From positions 1-38,533 of IMG/VR virus record IMGVR_UViG_3300045988_052225: a stretch of 38,533 nucleotides of DNA; one strand, written 5' to 3'. Below the pieces are notes generated by a model. It had not been told where the DNA came from. It made no database searches and saw only the letters and a list, made by a program, of their open reading frames with translations. This document shows, piece by piece, positions 5,430-13,744 of this stretch. This DNA comes from a virus. Made by a program: the position numbers and the translations under genes. Position 1 is the stretch's first letter, and each line of letters begins with the position of its first letter.

Positions 5430-7526
5430 ATGAAATCTTTTAACACTCAAACAACTTCAAAACCTAGCTACGTTAAAACTAAAGCCTATGGCTTGTGCGG
5501 AACGCTTGCTCTTGCTACAGCTCTATTGATTGGAGCTGGGGGAGTATCAGCCGATGAAGTGACTGAAACAGCAGTAAATACTCAACCAACAGTGTCTAAC
5601 GTATACACTGCCGATAACGCTGGGAATTTGACAGTGACACCTAGCGAAACCGCTCAACCAGTGGTGGAAACACCAGCAACAGTCGAAAGTGCACCAGTGG
5701 CAGAAACACCAAAACTGTTAGCACCAGCACCCGTTGAAGCTCAACCGATTGCAGATACTCCATCGGTTGTTACAGAAGCACCAGCGACAACTACAGAAGT
5801 AGCTCAACCAGTAGCTGAAACCCCAGCAGCACCTACTACAGTTACAAAAGAAGGCGACACAATCAACGTTGAAAATCCAAACGTTGAGGTTACTTTCCCG
5901 AATGGTAACGGAAAGTATAGCCCGTTCGAAGTTGAATACAAAGACATTAAAATTCCGGATGATGTGCCGGTGAATGAGGGCGACAAGGTTACTTTTGACT
6001 TGCCTGAAGAAGTGAAATTCCAAACCTCTTACGAGTTTGATGTACATAACCCTGAAAATGCTGTAGTTGGTAAGGCCACAGCGGATGCCTCAGCTAACAA
6101 AGTAACTACTGTATTCAATGACTATTTCAAGACACACCCTCTCAACAAAATCATGAGTCTGAAACTAGATGCAAGCTGGACAGATAAAGTTGTATCGGGT
6201 AAGCCAGTAAATGTCACTTTTAATGGAACGGTAGTAACTGCCAACATTGGTAAGGAGCAGGAAATTGGTAAAGACGAACTCATTTCTAAATGGGGAAGTC
6301 AAGACAAAGAAGATCCTACTGTTATTAATTGGACAGCTCGTGTGAACTACGCTCGCAAAGTGCTCAACTATGTGACAATCATTGATGAAATGAGTGAAAA
6401 CCAAAAGCTGGTTGATAACTATTTCGAAGTCAAAAATATTGAAAGTGTTGATCCTTGGATTGACAAAGGTTCAGCTATGGACTTAGTTAAGTCTATCAGT
6501 AAGTCAGATCGTGGCTTTACTATAAAGATGGATCGCTTGGATCACATGATCTACATCAACTATAAGACTAAGCTTGTTAATGCTGTTAAGGACTCAGTTA
6601 ACCCAACTAACAAAATTGAGTTGAAAGCAGAAACAGATGGAGCTACTTCGTATAGTTATGTGCAACTTGTAGGCGGCCGTGGTGATGCTAGCGGTGAGAA
6701 CAAACCAGAGGAACCAAAAGAGGAACCTAAACCAGAACCACAGCCAGAGCCAAAACCGGAACCTAAACCAGAGCCGGAAAAATGCGAGCCAAAGGTTATC
6801 GAGAAAATTGTTGAGAAACCAGTCGAAGTTATTAAAGAGGTCGAAAAACCGGTTTACATCGAAAAAGAAGTAATCAAGGAAGTGCCAAAAGAGGTCATTA
6901 AGGAAGTCCCAGTAATCAAAGAGGTCATCAAAGAAGTTCCCGTGGAAAAAGTGGTGACTGTTGTTAAAGAGGTACCTGTTGAGAAAATCAAGGAAATCGT
7001 TAAAGAAGTACCTGTAGAAAAAGTTAAAGAAATCATCAAAGAGGTACCTGTTGAGGTAATCAAAGAGGTACCCGTTGAAAAGATTGTCGAAGTAGTTAAG
7101 GTGAAAGAGGTTATTAAAGAGGTTCCAGTCGAAAAGATTGTAACCGTGGTTAAAGAAGTACCGGTTGAAAAAGTGGTTACAGTGATCAAAGAGGTTTGCA
7201 AGTGTGACAAACCAAGTACACCAGCTGAACCTAACACTGATAAGCCAAGCACTGAAAAACCAGTGACACCAACACCAAATAAACCTCAAAAACCTAGCAC
7301 GCCAGAAAAAGCCCCTAAAACGAGCGTAGATAACAAAGCGGCACAATCTGTCGCAGTATCTTACAACCTCGAACCAGTGAACGAGGCACCAAAAACAGCC
7401 GTTTATGGCGGCGTTCTACCAAACACTGGTGAAAAAGAAGGAATTGCTAGCACTCTTGGATTGGTAGTAATCGCAGCAGGTATCACTGGACTTACTCTTG
7501 GGTTTAAAAAACGTAACGAAAAATAA
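5430..7526 (+). CDS. LPXTG cell-wall-anchored surface adhesin (Cna/MSCRAMM-like A domain, RGD motif, Pro-rich and KEVPVEK repeat stalk)
   Basis: 698 aa counted from the ATG at 5430 (AGGAG RBS 7 nt upstream; the track ORF starts at 5394 inside the hairpin). Signal peptide: MKSFNTQ...LLIGAGGVSADE. Cna-like segment: INWTARVNYARKVLNYVTIIDEMSENQKL. RGD at 6678-6686. LPNTG at 7416-7430, followed by a hydrophobic stretch and a KKRNEK tail. Confidence 0.9.
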   Translation: MKSFNTQTTSKPSYVKTKAYGLCGTLALATALLIGAGGVSADEVTETAVNTQPTVSNVYTADNAGNLTVTPSETAQPVVETPATVESAPVAETPKLLAPAPVEAQPIADTPSVVTEAPATTTEVAQPVAETPAAPTTVTKEGDTINVENPNVEVTFPNGNGKYSPFEVEYKDIKIPDDVPVNEGDKVTFDLPEEVKFQTSYEFDVHNPENAVVGKATADASANKVTTVFNDYFKTHPLNKIMSLKLDASWTDKVVSGKPVNVTFNGTVVTANIGKEQEIGKDELISKWGSQDKEDPTVINWTARVNYARKVLNYVTIIDEMSENQKLVDNYFEVKNIESVDPWIDKGSAMDLVKSISKSDRGFTIKMDRLDHMIYINYKTKLVNAVKDSVNPTNKIELKAETDGATSYSYVQLVGGRGDASGENKPEEPKEEPKPEPQPEPKPEPKPEPEKCEPKVIEKIVEKPVEVIKEVEKPVYIEKEVIKEVPKEVIKEVPVIKEVIKEVPVEKVVTVVKEVPVEKIKEIVKEVPVEKVKEIIKEVPVEVIKEVPVEKIVEVVKVKEVIKEVPVEKIVTVVKEVPVEKVVTVIKEVCKCDKPSTPAEPNTDKPSTEKPVTPTPNKPQKPSTPEKAPKTSVDNKAAQSVAVSYNLEPVNEAPKTAVYGGVLPNTGEKEGIASTLGLVVIAAGITGLTLGFKKRNEK
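6783..7205 (+). repeat. In-frame tandem coding repeats (about 12-aa units, V/I-KEVPVEK-V/I-x-x-V) bounded by Cys residues
   Basis: CEPKVIEK...(KEVPVEKIKEIV, KEVPVEKVKEII, KEVPVEKIVTVV and similar)...EVCKC. The degenerate 36-bp DNA periodicity is visible at 6840-7190. Confidence 0.85.
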
Positions 7527-7563
7527 TTAAATAATTAGCAGCGGTGGGAGGGAGGCATTAAAT

Positions 7564-8430
7564 ATGGCAGACAATCAAAAATACTATTACATGAGACTCA
7601 AGCAAGATTTCTTCGAAACAGAGGAAATGATAATCCTTGAGTCAATGCAAGACGGCTACTTATATAGCAACATCTTGCTAAAACTGTACTTAAGGAGTTT
7701 GAAACGAGATGGTAAATTGATGTTTAATGACACAATTCCATACAGTGCAGAGGTCTTAGCTACAGTTACACGGCATAGCGTCGGGACGATTGAGAAAGCT
7801 ATGGATGTTTTCCAAAAGCTCGGATTGGTCGAAGTGATGGATGATGGAGCTATCTATATGTTGCAAATTCAGAATTTTATCGGCAAGAGTTCGACAGAAG
7901 CTGAACGAAAACGACGTTATCGAGACAAAATTAAGCTCGAAAAAAGCGACAACCAAGCGGTTTTGGAAGACGTGGGACATTTGTCCACCATAGGGGTGGG
8001 ACATTTGTCCGGACATTCGTCCACCAGAGATAGAGATAGAGATAGAGATAGAGATAGAGATAGAGATAGAAAAGAGATAGAAGAAGAAGTAGAGGATAGA
8101 AAGATATCTTCTGCTACTGCTGATAAATCAGATTTCAATATCTTTGACTATTATCAAAATCGAGTCGGTCTATTAGATGGTTTCCAACTTCAACAGATTG
8201 AAGCCTATCAAGCTATTGATGGATTAGAGCCAGATTTAATCAAGATAGCTATTGATAAAGCAGCCGATAATTCTAAACGCTCTTTTGGCTATGTTAACTC
8301 TATCTTGAAGTCTTGGGCACAGAATGGAATTAAAACCGTAGCCCAACAGCGAGAGGAACAGAATAGTTTCCAATCCAATAAACCAAATAGCGATAAACCA
8401 AAATTTGGTCCAGCTTGTAGCAAATACTAG
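7564..8430 (+). CDS. Phage replisome organizer (DnaD-domain replication initiation protein)
   Basis: 288 aa. The N-terminus YYYMRLKQDFFETEEMIILES...LYLRSL matches the replisome-organizer N-domain pattern. The C-terminus FGYVNSILKSWAQNGIKTV is DnaD-like. It is followed by a helicase loader. Confidence 0.8.
   Translation: MADNQKYYYMRLKQDFFETEEMIILESMQDGYLYSNILLKLYLRSLKRDGKLMFNDTIPYSAEVLATVTRHSVGTIEKAMDVFQKLGLVEVMDDGAIYMLQIQNFIGKSSTEAERKRRYRDKIKLEKSDNQAVLEDVGHLSTIGVGHLSGHSSTRDRDRDRDRDRDRDRKEIEEEVEDRKISSATADKSDFNIFDYYQNRVGLLDGFQLQQIEAYQAIDGLEPDLIKIAIDKAADNSKRSFGYVNSILKSWAQNGIKTVAQQREEQNSFQSNKPNSDKPKFGPACSKY
7972..8081 (+). repeat. Candidate origin of replication: iterons plus a GATAGA hexamer tract inside the organizer gene
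   Basis: gtgggacatttgtcc at 7972-7986 and 7996-8010, with a degenerate third copy ggacattcgtcc at 8011-8022. Then (agagat)x7.5 at 8026-8070, with further gataga copies to 8081. The tract encodes the RDRDRDRDRDRDRDR linker. Confidence 0.6.
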
Positions 8431-8432
8431 AG

Positions 8433-9224
8433 GTGATGCTTATGAGTTTAGAAAGCACAGCTAAGCAAATGCGAAGGCAGTATATGACGGTTAGCGATAA
8501 ATATTGCGAGAAACATAAACGGCATTATATAACCATTCACATCCCAAGCTCAACCCCTTACACTGCATGCGAGCTATGCCATCGTGAGGAACAAGAACGC
8601 TTAAACGCTGTTAAAGCACAAGAGCAGTACGAACGAGAGCAAGAGCAGAAACGCTTGTACTTCCTCAAAGATTTCAGCTTGCTGGATGACGACTTGAAGA
8701 ATGCTAGCTTTGACAATTACAAGGCAGTAACCAGAGAGCAGAAAGAAGACTTGAAAAATGTCAGAAATCAACTTAAAGGCTATCTTGACGGTCAAGACTA
8801 CAACATTGTTTTGATTGGCGATACTGGAGTGGGTAAAAGCCATCTAGCATATTCAGCACTCAAAGCCTTGTCTGATCATACGAAGAAGATGGGGCTATTC
8901 ATCAACGTGGTTGACCTATTAGCCAAAATCAAAGAGGACTTCAGTCTTGAAGCCGAATACATCAGACGCATTTCGGAAGCTGAATGGCTAGTGCTCGATG
9001 ATTTAGGGACTGAAAAAGTGACAGAGTGGTCTAACGGTATCTTGTACAGCATTTTGAACAAGCGTACCAAAACTATCATTACCACCAACTTAAGCCCACG
9101 GGACATCATGGGCACTTATGGAAAGCGTGTCTATTCTCGAGTGTTCAAGAAGACAGGACTTGGAACGACGAATGAACATGTTTATCAGTTTAAGACACAA
9201 CAAGACAAGAGGATGATGCTTTGA
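8433..9224 (+). CDS. DnaC/IstB-like AAA+ helicase loader
   Basis: 263 aa. Walker A GDTGVGKSH, Walker B LVLDDLG. The start may be the ATG at 8442 (AGAGG RBS at 8428-8432). Confidence 0.85.
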   Translation: MMLMSLESTAKQMRRQYMTVSDKYCEKHKRHYITIHIPSSTPYTACELCHREEQERLNAVKAQEQYEREQEQKRLYFLKDFSLLDDDLKNASFDNYKAVTREQKEDLKNVRNQLKGYLDGQDYNIVLIGDTGVGKSHLAYSALKALSDHTKKMGLFINVVDLLAKIKEDFSLEAEYIRRISEAEWLVLDDLGTEKVTEWSNGILYSILNKRTKTIITTNLSPRDIMGTYGKRVYSRVFKKTGLGTTNEHVYQFKTQQDKRMML

Positions 9225-9403
9225 CAGAAACGGAAGTAAAACTAAAACTCTTTGAAGACTACGAGCGTATTCATGGACTTGTGTTTTCAGAGGAACATAA
9301 ACAGAAAATGATGGACGAGCTAGATTTATACTCATTCATCAGCAAAATTAACGAATATATGTATTTTGCTAAGAAATCAACGCAGATTTTTAGCGTGCAC
9401 TAG
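9221..9403 (+). CDS. Hypothetical small protein
   Basis: 60 aa. Start overlaps the upstream stop, consistent with translational coupling. Confidence 0.45.
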   Translation: MTETEVKLKLFEDYERIHGLVFSEEHKQKMMDELDLYSFISKINEYMYFAKKSTQIFSVH

Positions 9404-9537
9404 AAAACACCTCTAAAATCGATTTTAAGGCGTGTGTTTTGTCGGGTGGTATAAATAGACTACGACACCGTTAAAATTGCACCACACCCCCTTAAAATGC
9501 GAAATAAGGGTATTTAAATCAAAAAAGGAGACAGAAC

Positions 9538-10293
9538 ATGACAAATCAACTACAAACACAAAACAAAAGGGATATTTCAACAGATACAAGTGCATGGACG
9601 TTTCAAGATATCAAACGATACTACGATCCACAAGATTTGCTGACAGAAAAACAAGTTGGGCAAGCTTTGTCATTGATTAAAGGCCGAAATCTCAACCCAT
9701 TGCTAAACGAGGTCTATATTGTAGCTTACAAAAAGAAAAATGGTGGGGCTGAATTTAGCTTAATCGTCTCAAAAGAAGCATTCTTGAAGCGTGCAGCACA
9801 AAACCCAAACTATGAAGGCTTTGAAGCCGGAGTGGTAGTTGTTGACGATTCTGGTGATATGGTAGAGCGAAAAGGGGCACTGTTACTACCTAACGACACG
9901 CTCGTTGGTGGTTGGGCAAGAGTTTACCGCAAGAATTTCAAGGTTCCTGTAGAGGTTTTCGTTAGTCGTGAAGAATACGATAAAAAGCAAAGCACATGGA
10001 ACGCTATGCCAGCTACCATGATTAGAAAAACCGCTCTTGTCAATGCCTTACGTGAAGCTTTCCCAGAGGATTTAGGAAATATGTACACTGAGGATGACGG
10101 CGGTGAAACATTCGACAGAATCAAGGATGTAACGCCACAAGAGACACAAGAGGATGTTAGAGCTCGTAAGCTGGCGCAAATCGAACAAATGAAGCAAGAA
10201 CAAACGCATTTCCAACAAACAAGTGAAAGCAATTCTCAACCGGTTGCCAACTCACAAAACGAGCCAGTTCAAGGCGAACTTCTCGACTATTAA
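9538..10293 (+). CDS. recT: RecT/Bet-family single-strand annealing recombinase
   Basis: 251 aa. Supporting segments: LNPLLNEVYIVAY, GGWARVYRK and TWNAMPATMIRKTALVNALREAFPEDLG. AAGGAG RBS. Confidence 0.8.
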   Translation: MTNQLQTQNKRDISTDTSAWTFQDIKRYYDPQDLLTEKQVGQALSLIKGRNLNPLLNEVYIVAYKKKNGGAEFSLIVSKEAFLKRAAQNPNYEGFEAGVVVVDDSGDMVERKGALLLPNDTLVGGWARVYRKNFKVPVEVFVSREEYDKKQSTWNAMPATMIRKTALVNALREAFPEDLGNMYTEDDGGETFDRIKDVTPQETQEDVRARKLAQIEQMKQEQTHFQQTSESNSQPVANSQNEPVQGELLDY

Positions 10294-10306
10294 CGAGGTG
10301 CGAACA

Positions 10307-11317
10307 ATGCAAGAATTACAAGTTAATATTGAACAAGCCAAGGTTGAGATTGTAGGGCAAGAGGTTTTTGAAAAAGGCATTGCTGATGTAGTTGCTAAGT
10401 ATCAAAATTACACAGTCACCGCTGGCACTATCAAAGACGACAAGAAAGTCTTGGCTGAATTACGAAAATTAACCAAGCAAATTTCAGACGAACGTATCAA
10501 AATCAAGAATGAGTTATCAAAACCAGCGACGGATTTTGAAAAATATATCAAGGAAACAGAGAAACCTCTTAAAAACATTATCAACCAAATCGCAAATGAT
10601 GTGAAAGAGTTCGAAAATCATCAAAAAGCACTGAGATTGGACACTGTTAAAAGCTATTTAGCTAACAAAGCCAGCGACTATATGATTGACACTCGCATTT
10701 TTGATGGAAAAGCAACGGAATACATCAAAAATGGCGATTTTATGGCGGACGGTGTAACTCTCAAAAAAGCGACTATGAAGGCATTAGACGACATGGTTAC
10801 TTTTGAATATCAAAAACAAGAGGAATTTAAAAAAGCCACTCAATCCATATCCGGACTTTGTTCAGAGTACGGAATGACCGACCAACCGTATATCCGCATG
10901 CTTCAAAATCTGACATTAGCAGAGGTGTTAGATCAGATTCGTTCAGACCATGCTTTTGAATTACAAAAGCAAGAAGCTGAACGCCAAAGACAAGAACAAG
11001 GAGCGCTACGACAAGCTGAATTACAAAAGCAAAAAGAAAAAATAGTAGAAACAGCACCAACGACATTAGTTGTTGATTCAGAAACAGGCGAAATTATCGA
11101 AAACACGCCAACAATTGAAGAAGCTAACGTTCCAGAATCAAAACGTTATCGCCAAAAAATGACGCTTGAAGTCTACTTTGAAGATTCAGACGATAAAGAC
11201 AGATTTAAACATTTACTTAGCGAAAACGGTTGGGAATACAAACAAAACTACACTGTCAGCGGCTATCAAAACATAGCTAGCATGACCGAAGAAGAATTGA
11301 AAATACATTTAAGTTAA
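10307..11317 (+). CDS. DUF1351-like protein (RecT-associated)
   Basis: 336 aa counted from the ATG at 10307 (GAGGTG RBS at 10295-10300; the track ORF starts earlier, at 10223, inside recT). Coiled-coil rich. The RecT-neighbour position is conserved in Firmicute phages. Confidence 0.55.
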   Translation: MQELQVNIEQAKVEIVGQEVFEKGIADVVAKYQNYTVTAGTIKDDKKVLAELRKLTKQISDERIKIKNELSKPATDFEKYIKETEKPLKNIINQIANDVKEFENHQKALRLDTVKSYLANKASDYMIDTRIFDGKATEYIKNGDFMADGVTLKKATMKALDDMVTFEYQKQEEFKKATQSISGLCSEYGMTDQPYIRMLQNLTLAEVLDQIRSDHAFELQKQEAERQRQEQGALRQAELQKQKEKIVETAPTTLVVDSETGEIIENTPTIEEANVPESKRYRQKMTLEVYFEDSDDKDRFKHLLSENGWEYKQNYTVSGYQNIASMTEEELKIHLS

Positions 11318-11384
11318 TGCCAAGACCGAAATCTAAACCCGCGTTGGTCAACTTCATCGAGAATAAAGAAAAAGGAAAATAAAC

Positions 11385-11885
11385 ATGATCAATAACGTTG
11401 TATTAGTTGGGCGCCTTACCCGTGACCCCGAACTAAAATACACAACCAGTAACATTGCAGTAGCTACGTTTAGCCTTGCCGTTAACCGCAACTTCAAGGA
11501 CGCTAACGGTGAACGTGAAACAGACTTTATCAACTGTGTTATCTGGCGTCAGCAAGCTGAGAATTTGGCTAACTGGGCTAAAAAAGGGGCGTTGATTGGC
11601 ATTACTGGACGCATTCAAACCCGTAGCTATGAGAATCAGCAAGGTCAAAGGGTGTATGTCACTGAGGTAGCCGCTGAGAACTTCCAAATGTTGGAGAGCC
11701 GTGCAGCGCGTGAAGGCAGTAATGCTACTCAAGGGAATACATCGGGAGCGTTTGGCAATGACAACGGCTATGCTGGGCCTTACGGGCAACAAGCACCGCA
11801 ACAGCAAGGGCCAAACTTTGCGAGGGATAGCAGCCCATACGGGAACAGTAACCCAATGGATATCAGTGATGATTTGCCGTTCTGA
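11385..11885 (+). CDS. ssb: Single-stranded DNA-binding protein
   Basis: 166 aa. OB-fold N-terminus [20 protein letters not shown], a Gly/Gln/Pro-rich linker and an acidic tip DISDDLPF. Confidence 0.95.
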   Translation: MINNVVLVGRLTRDPELKYTTSNIAVATFSLAVNRNFKDANGERETDFINCVIWRQQAENLANWAKKGALIGITGRIQTRSYENQQGQRVYVTEVAAENFQMLESRAAREGSNATQGNTSGAFGNDNGYAGPYGQQAPQQQGPNFARDSSPYGNSNPMDISDDLPF

Positions 11886-11894
11886 GGTTGAAGC

Positions 11895-12356
11895 ATGAAA
11901 ATGACTTTAAATATCGAACCCAAACCTCAGACAAGGCCACGATTCAGCAAATTCGGTACTTATGAAGACCCCAAAATGAAAGCATGGCGTCGTCGATGCT
12001 CTCAACTTATCGAGCAAGAATACGACGGACAATTCTTTGACGGACCGATTTTAGTTGATGTCACATTCTACATGAAGGCACCTTTGAACGTATCAAAAAA
12101 GCCCACGCCAAAAGCTAGAGCTAAAACGTGGGACACATTCAAGAAATTCTTGGCTGAAAGGCTTTGGCATGCTAAAAAACCCGATATTGACAATCTAGTC
12201 AAAGCATTGTTCGATAGCATCTCAACCGCCGGTTACAACAAGGTTGATAAGAAGGGTATCGTGTGGACGGATGATAGTATCGTTTGTGGTTTAATAGCTC
12301 GCAAGAAGTACAGTCCTAATCCACGCATTGAATTAGAAATTAAGGAGCTTGGATGA
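11895..12356 (+). CDS. rusA: RusA-family Holliday junction resolvase
   Basis: 153 aa. PQTRPRF near the N-terminus and KPDIDNLVKALFDSI, which are typical RusA motifs. Confidence 0.8.
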   Translation: MKMTLNIEPKPQTRPRFSKFGTYEDPKMKAWRRRCSQLIEQEYDGQFFDGPILVDVTFYMKAPLNVSKKPTPKARAKTWDTFKKFLAERLWHAKKPDIDNLVKALFDSISTAGYNKVDKKGIVWTDDSIVCGLIARKKYSPNPRIELEIKELG

Positions 12357-12622
12357 ACAGTAGATACAAAGACAAGCTAGTCGGTGTATACGCTCCGGGC
12401 AGTTATGGGCACACAAGCATATTAGGTCAAACGCAAGAGTTTTCGAGATGGTTCTGGGCTAATCGTAAGGACATGGAGCTTATCAGCGTTAAGTTAGGTA
12501 TCGACGTAAAAAAGCTAAATCGTATACTGACACTAGAGCAATTACCAGACGCAGAATTACTAGCAAGGATGGTGGAATTATGCAAGCCAAAGAGTTCGCA
12601 TTGTACAAAGGTGAAGAACTAA
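12353..12622 (+). CDS. Hypothetical protein
   Basis: 89 aa. ATGA overlap with rusA. Confidence 0.5.
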   Translation: MNSRYKDKLVGVYAPGSYGHTSILGQTQEFSRWFWANRKDMELISVKLGIDVKKLNRILTLEQLPDAELLARMVELCKPKSSHCTKVKN

Positions 12623-12753
12623 TAGCAATGGGCACCAAGCGTGAGATAGCAGAACAGTTAGGTGTGTCAGTAAACACCGTTGGTTACTACGGTACGCCAG
12701 TGTATGCAAGGCGTACGAGCGAAAGCAAAGGAAGGAGATTGGTTGAACTATGA
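12580..12753 (+). CDS. Small HTH-like protein (57 aa, below the ORF-track cutoff)
   Basis: Translation: MQAKEFALYKGEELIAMGTKREIAEQLGVSVNTVGYYGTPVYARRTSESKGRRLVEL. REIAEQLGVSVNTVGYY looks like a helix-turn-helix. It overlaps its neighbours in the usual phage manner. Confidence 0.45.
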   Translation: MQAKEFALYKGEELIAMGTKREIAEQLGVSVNTVGYYGTPVYARRTSESKGRRLVEL

Positions 12754-12908
12754 AATATAAAGTAGTCGTGTACTACGACAATATGCCAGACAGTGAGCAT
12801 ATCTTTAATAACAAGAATGGCGCGACCAACGAGCTACATCGTTTGCGTGGTGTTAAATATCGCAATTCAAGAATGTATACAGTGGAGATGGAAGAATGCA
12901 GTGGGTAG
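12750..12908 (+). CDS. Hypothetical small protein (52 aa)
   Basis: ATGA overlap with the previous ORF. GGAAGGAG RBS at 12730-12737. Translation begins MKYKVVVYYDNMPDSEHIF... Confidence 0.45.
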   Translation: MKYKVVVYYDNMPDSEHIFNNKNGATNELHRLRGVKYRNSRMYTVEMEECSG

Positions 12909-13051
12909 TGAGAGCGGCACGCAACATGGATGATGTGAAAGAGTGCTATTTCACTGACAAAGAAAAAGCACTGGAACGCATGGAAATATTGAAGCGTTTA
13001 AGTTTGGCAGTGGATGATGCCACTGTCTGGATGGAGGAAATCGATGATTAG
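12896..13051 (+). CDS. Hypothetical small protein (51 aa)
   Basis: Translation begins MQWVVRAARNMDDVKECYFTDKEKALERMEILKRL... It overlaps both neighbours; GGAGATGGAAGA lies upstream. Confidence 0.4.
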   Translation: MQWVVRAARNMDDVKECYFTDKEKALERMEILKRLSLAVDDATVWMEEIDD

Positions 13052-13256
13052 AACGAAGTATTTACGTGAGAATACTAGCACTTTTAACCACCTAGAAATT
13101 GATGAATTAATCAATAATTTTCTTGCAGAAAACCCAAATATAGAAATTATTGATATTAAATATCAATCTAATGTGGCGTTAGCAATCTATGAGTATGACT
13201 TTCGCAGAACGTATGATACATCAGCACTGATTATTTACAAGGAGAGTACGAAATGA
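13044..13256 (+). CDS. Hypothetical small protein
   Basis: 70 aa counted from the ATG at 13044 (GGAGGAAA RBS at 13033-13040). The track ORF starts at 13014. Confidence 0.5.
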   Translation: MIRTKYLRENTSTFNHLEIDELINNFLAENPNIEIIDIKYQSNVALAIYEYDFRRTYDTSALIIYKESTK

Positions 13257-13744
13257 CTAGACAAGAAGCAATAGAAAAATTATCGACAATCGGGCATATC
13301 TCTGTATCGTACGCAGAAGACCTATACGATTCATTCTTCCCTAAAACAATCGTTCCGCAATGTGTGGCGGATTGGATTGATGTGTGTAAAGAAAATTTGG
13401 CAATAGGATTATATACTGCTATGAATCCAGATTTTTTGAAACAGTGGAATAAAAGTGATGAACTTATTTGCTGGATTAAAAAGGCAAGAAACCAAGATAT
13501 CTTTGCTCGTGCTTGGGTTGATGGCTACGAGGTCGAGAAAGAGCCTAGATATACGGTTAGAGTGAAAGGAATAAACGGGTCTCATCAGTGGTTGGCTTTC
13601 GGCAAACTGACGGAGTGTTGGTGTTTTGGGGGCAAGGAAAACTCTTCCTATGTCGTTCTTGAACACACCCGCAAAGAGCTAGAAGATGCTGATTTTAGTT
13701 GGGTGTTCGATTGCGAAGGCATGGAAGTGAAAGAGGTGGAGTAG
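13253..13744 (+). CDS. Hypothetical protein (possibly DUF1642-like)
   Basis: 163 aa. ATGA overlap with the upstream ORF. The family assignment is from memory only. Confidence 0.4.
   Translation: MTRQEAIEKLSTIGHISVSYAEDLYDSFFPKTIVPQCVADWIDVCKENLAIGLYTAMNPDFLKQWNKSDELICWIKKARNQDIFARAWVDGYEVEKEPRYTVRVKGINGSHQWLAFGKLTECWCFGGKENSSYVVLEHTRKELEDADFSWVFDCEGMEVKEVE

Noticed and set aside
6594-7346. 250-aa and 132-aa minus-strand ORFs (6594-7346, 6854-7252) opposite the adhesin gene
   Set aside because: Both lie antisense to the KEVPVEK/PEPK coding repeats. Their translations are low-complexity (F/N/L/W or T/S/L runs) produced by the repeat periodicity. There is no RBS, and the plus-strand gene has complete signal-peptide-to-LPXTG logic.
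5337-7552. agcggtggg present on both sides of the adhesin gene (5337-5345 and 7543-7551) as possible insertion target duplication
   Set aside because: A 9-nt match is within chance expectation in 38 kb. The second copy overlaps the GGGAGGGAGG RBS region of the next gene.
8026-8070. GATAGA hexamer tract as a noncoding microsatellite or CRISPR-like repeat
   Set aside because: It is in frame within the replisome-organizer gene, where it encodes the (RD)7 linker, and it sits next to the iterons. I interpret it as part of the ori/linker and not as an independent element.
9404-9442. Hairpin aaaacacc...taaaatcgatttta...gtgtgtttt after the 60-aa ORF, as a terminator
   Set aside because: The stem is interrupted by mismatches and bulges, and the T-tract is short (4 T). 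It is plausibly a weak attenuator upstream of recT, but support is not strong enough for a feature call.
9477-9680. 67-aa ORF overlapping the start of recT
   Set aside because: It is out of frame with, and mostly inside, the strongly supported RecT gene, which has its own AAGGAG RBS. The ORF has no RBS of its own.
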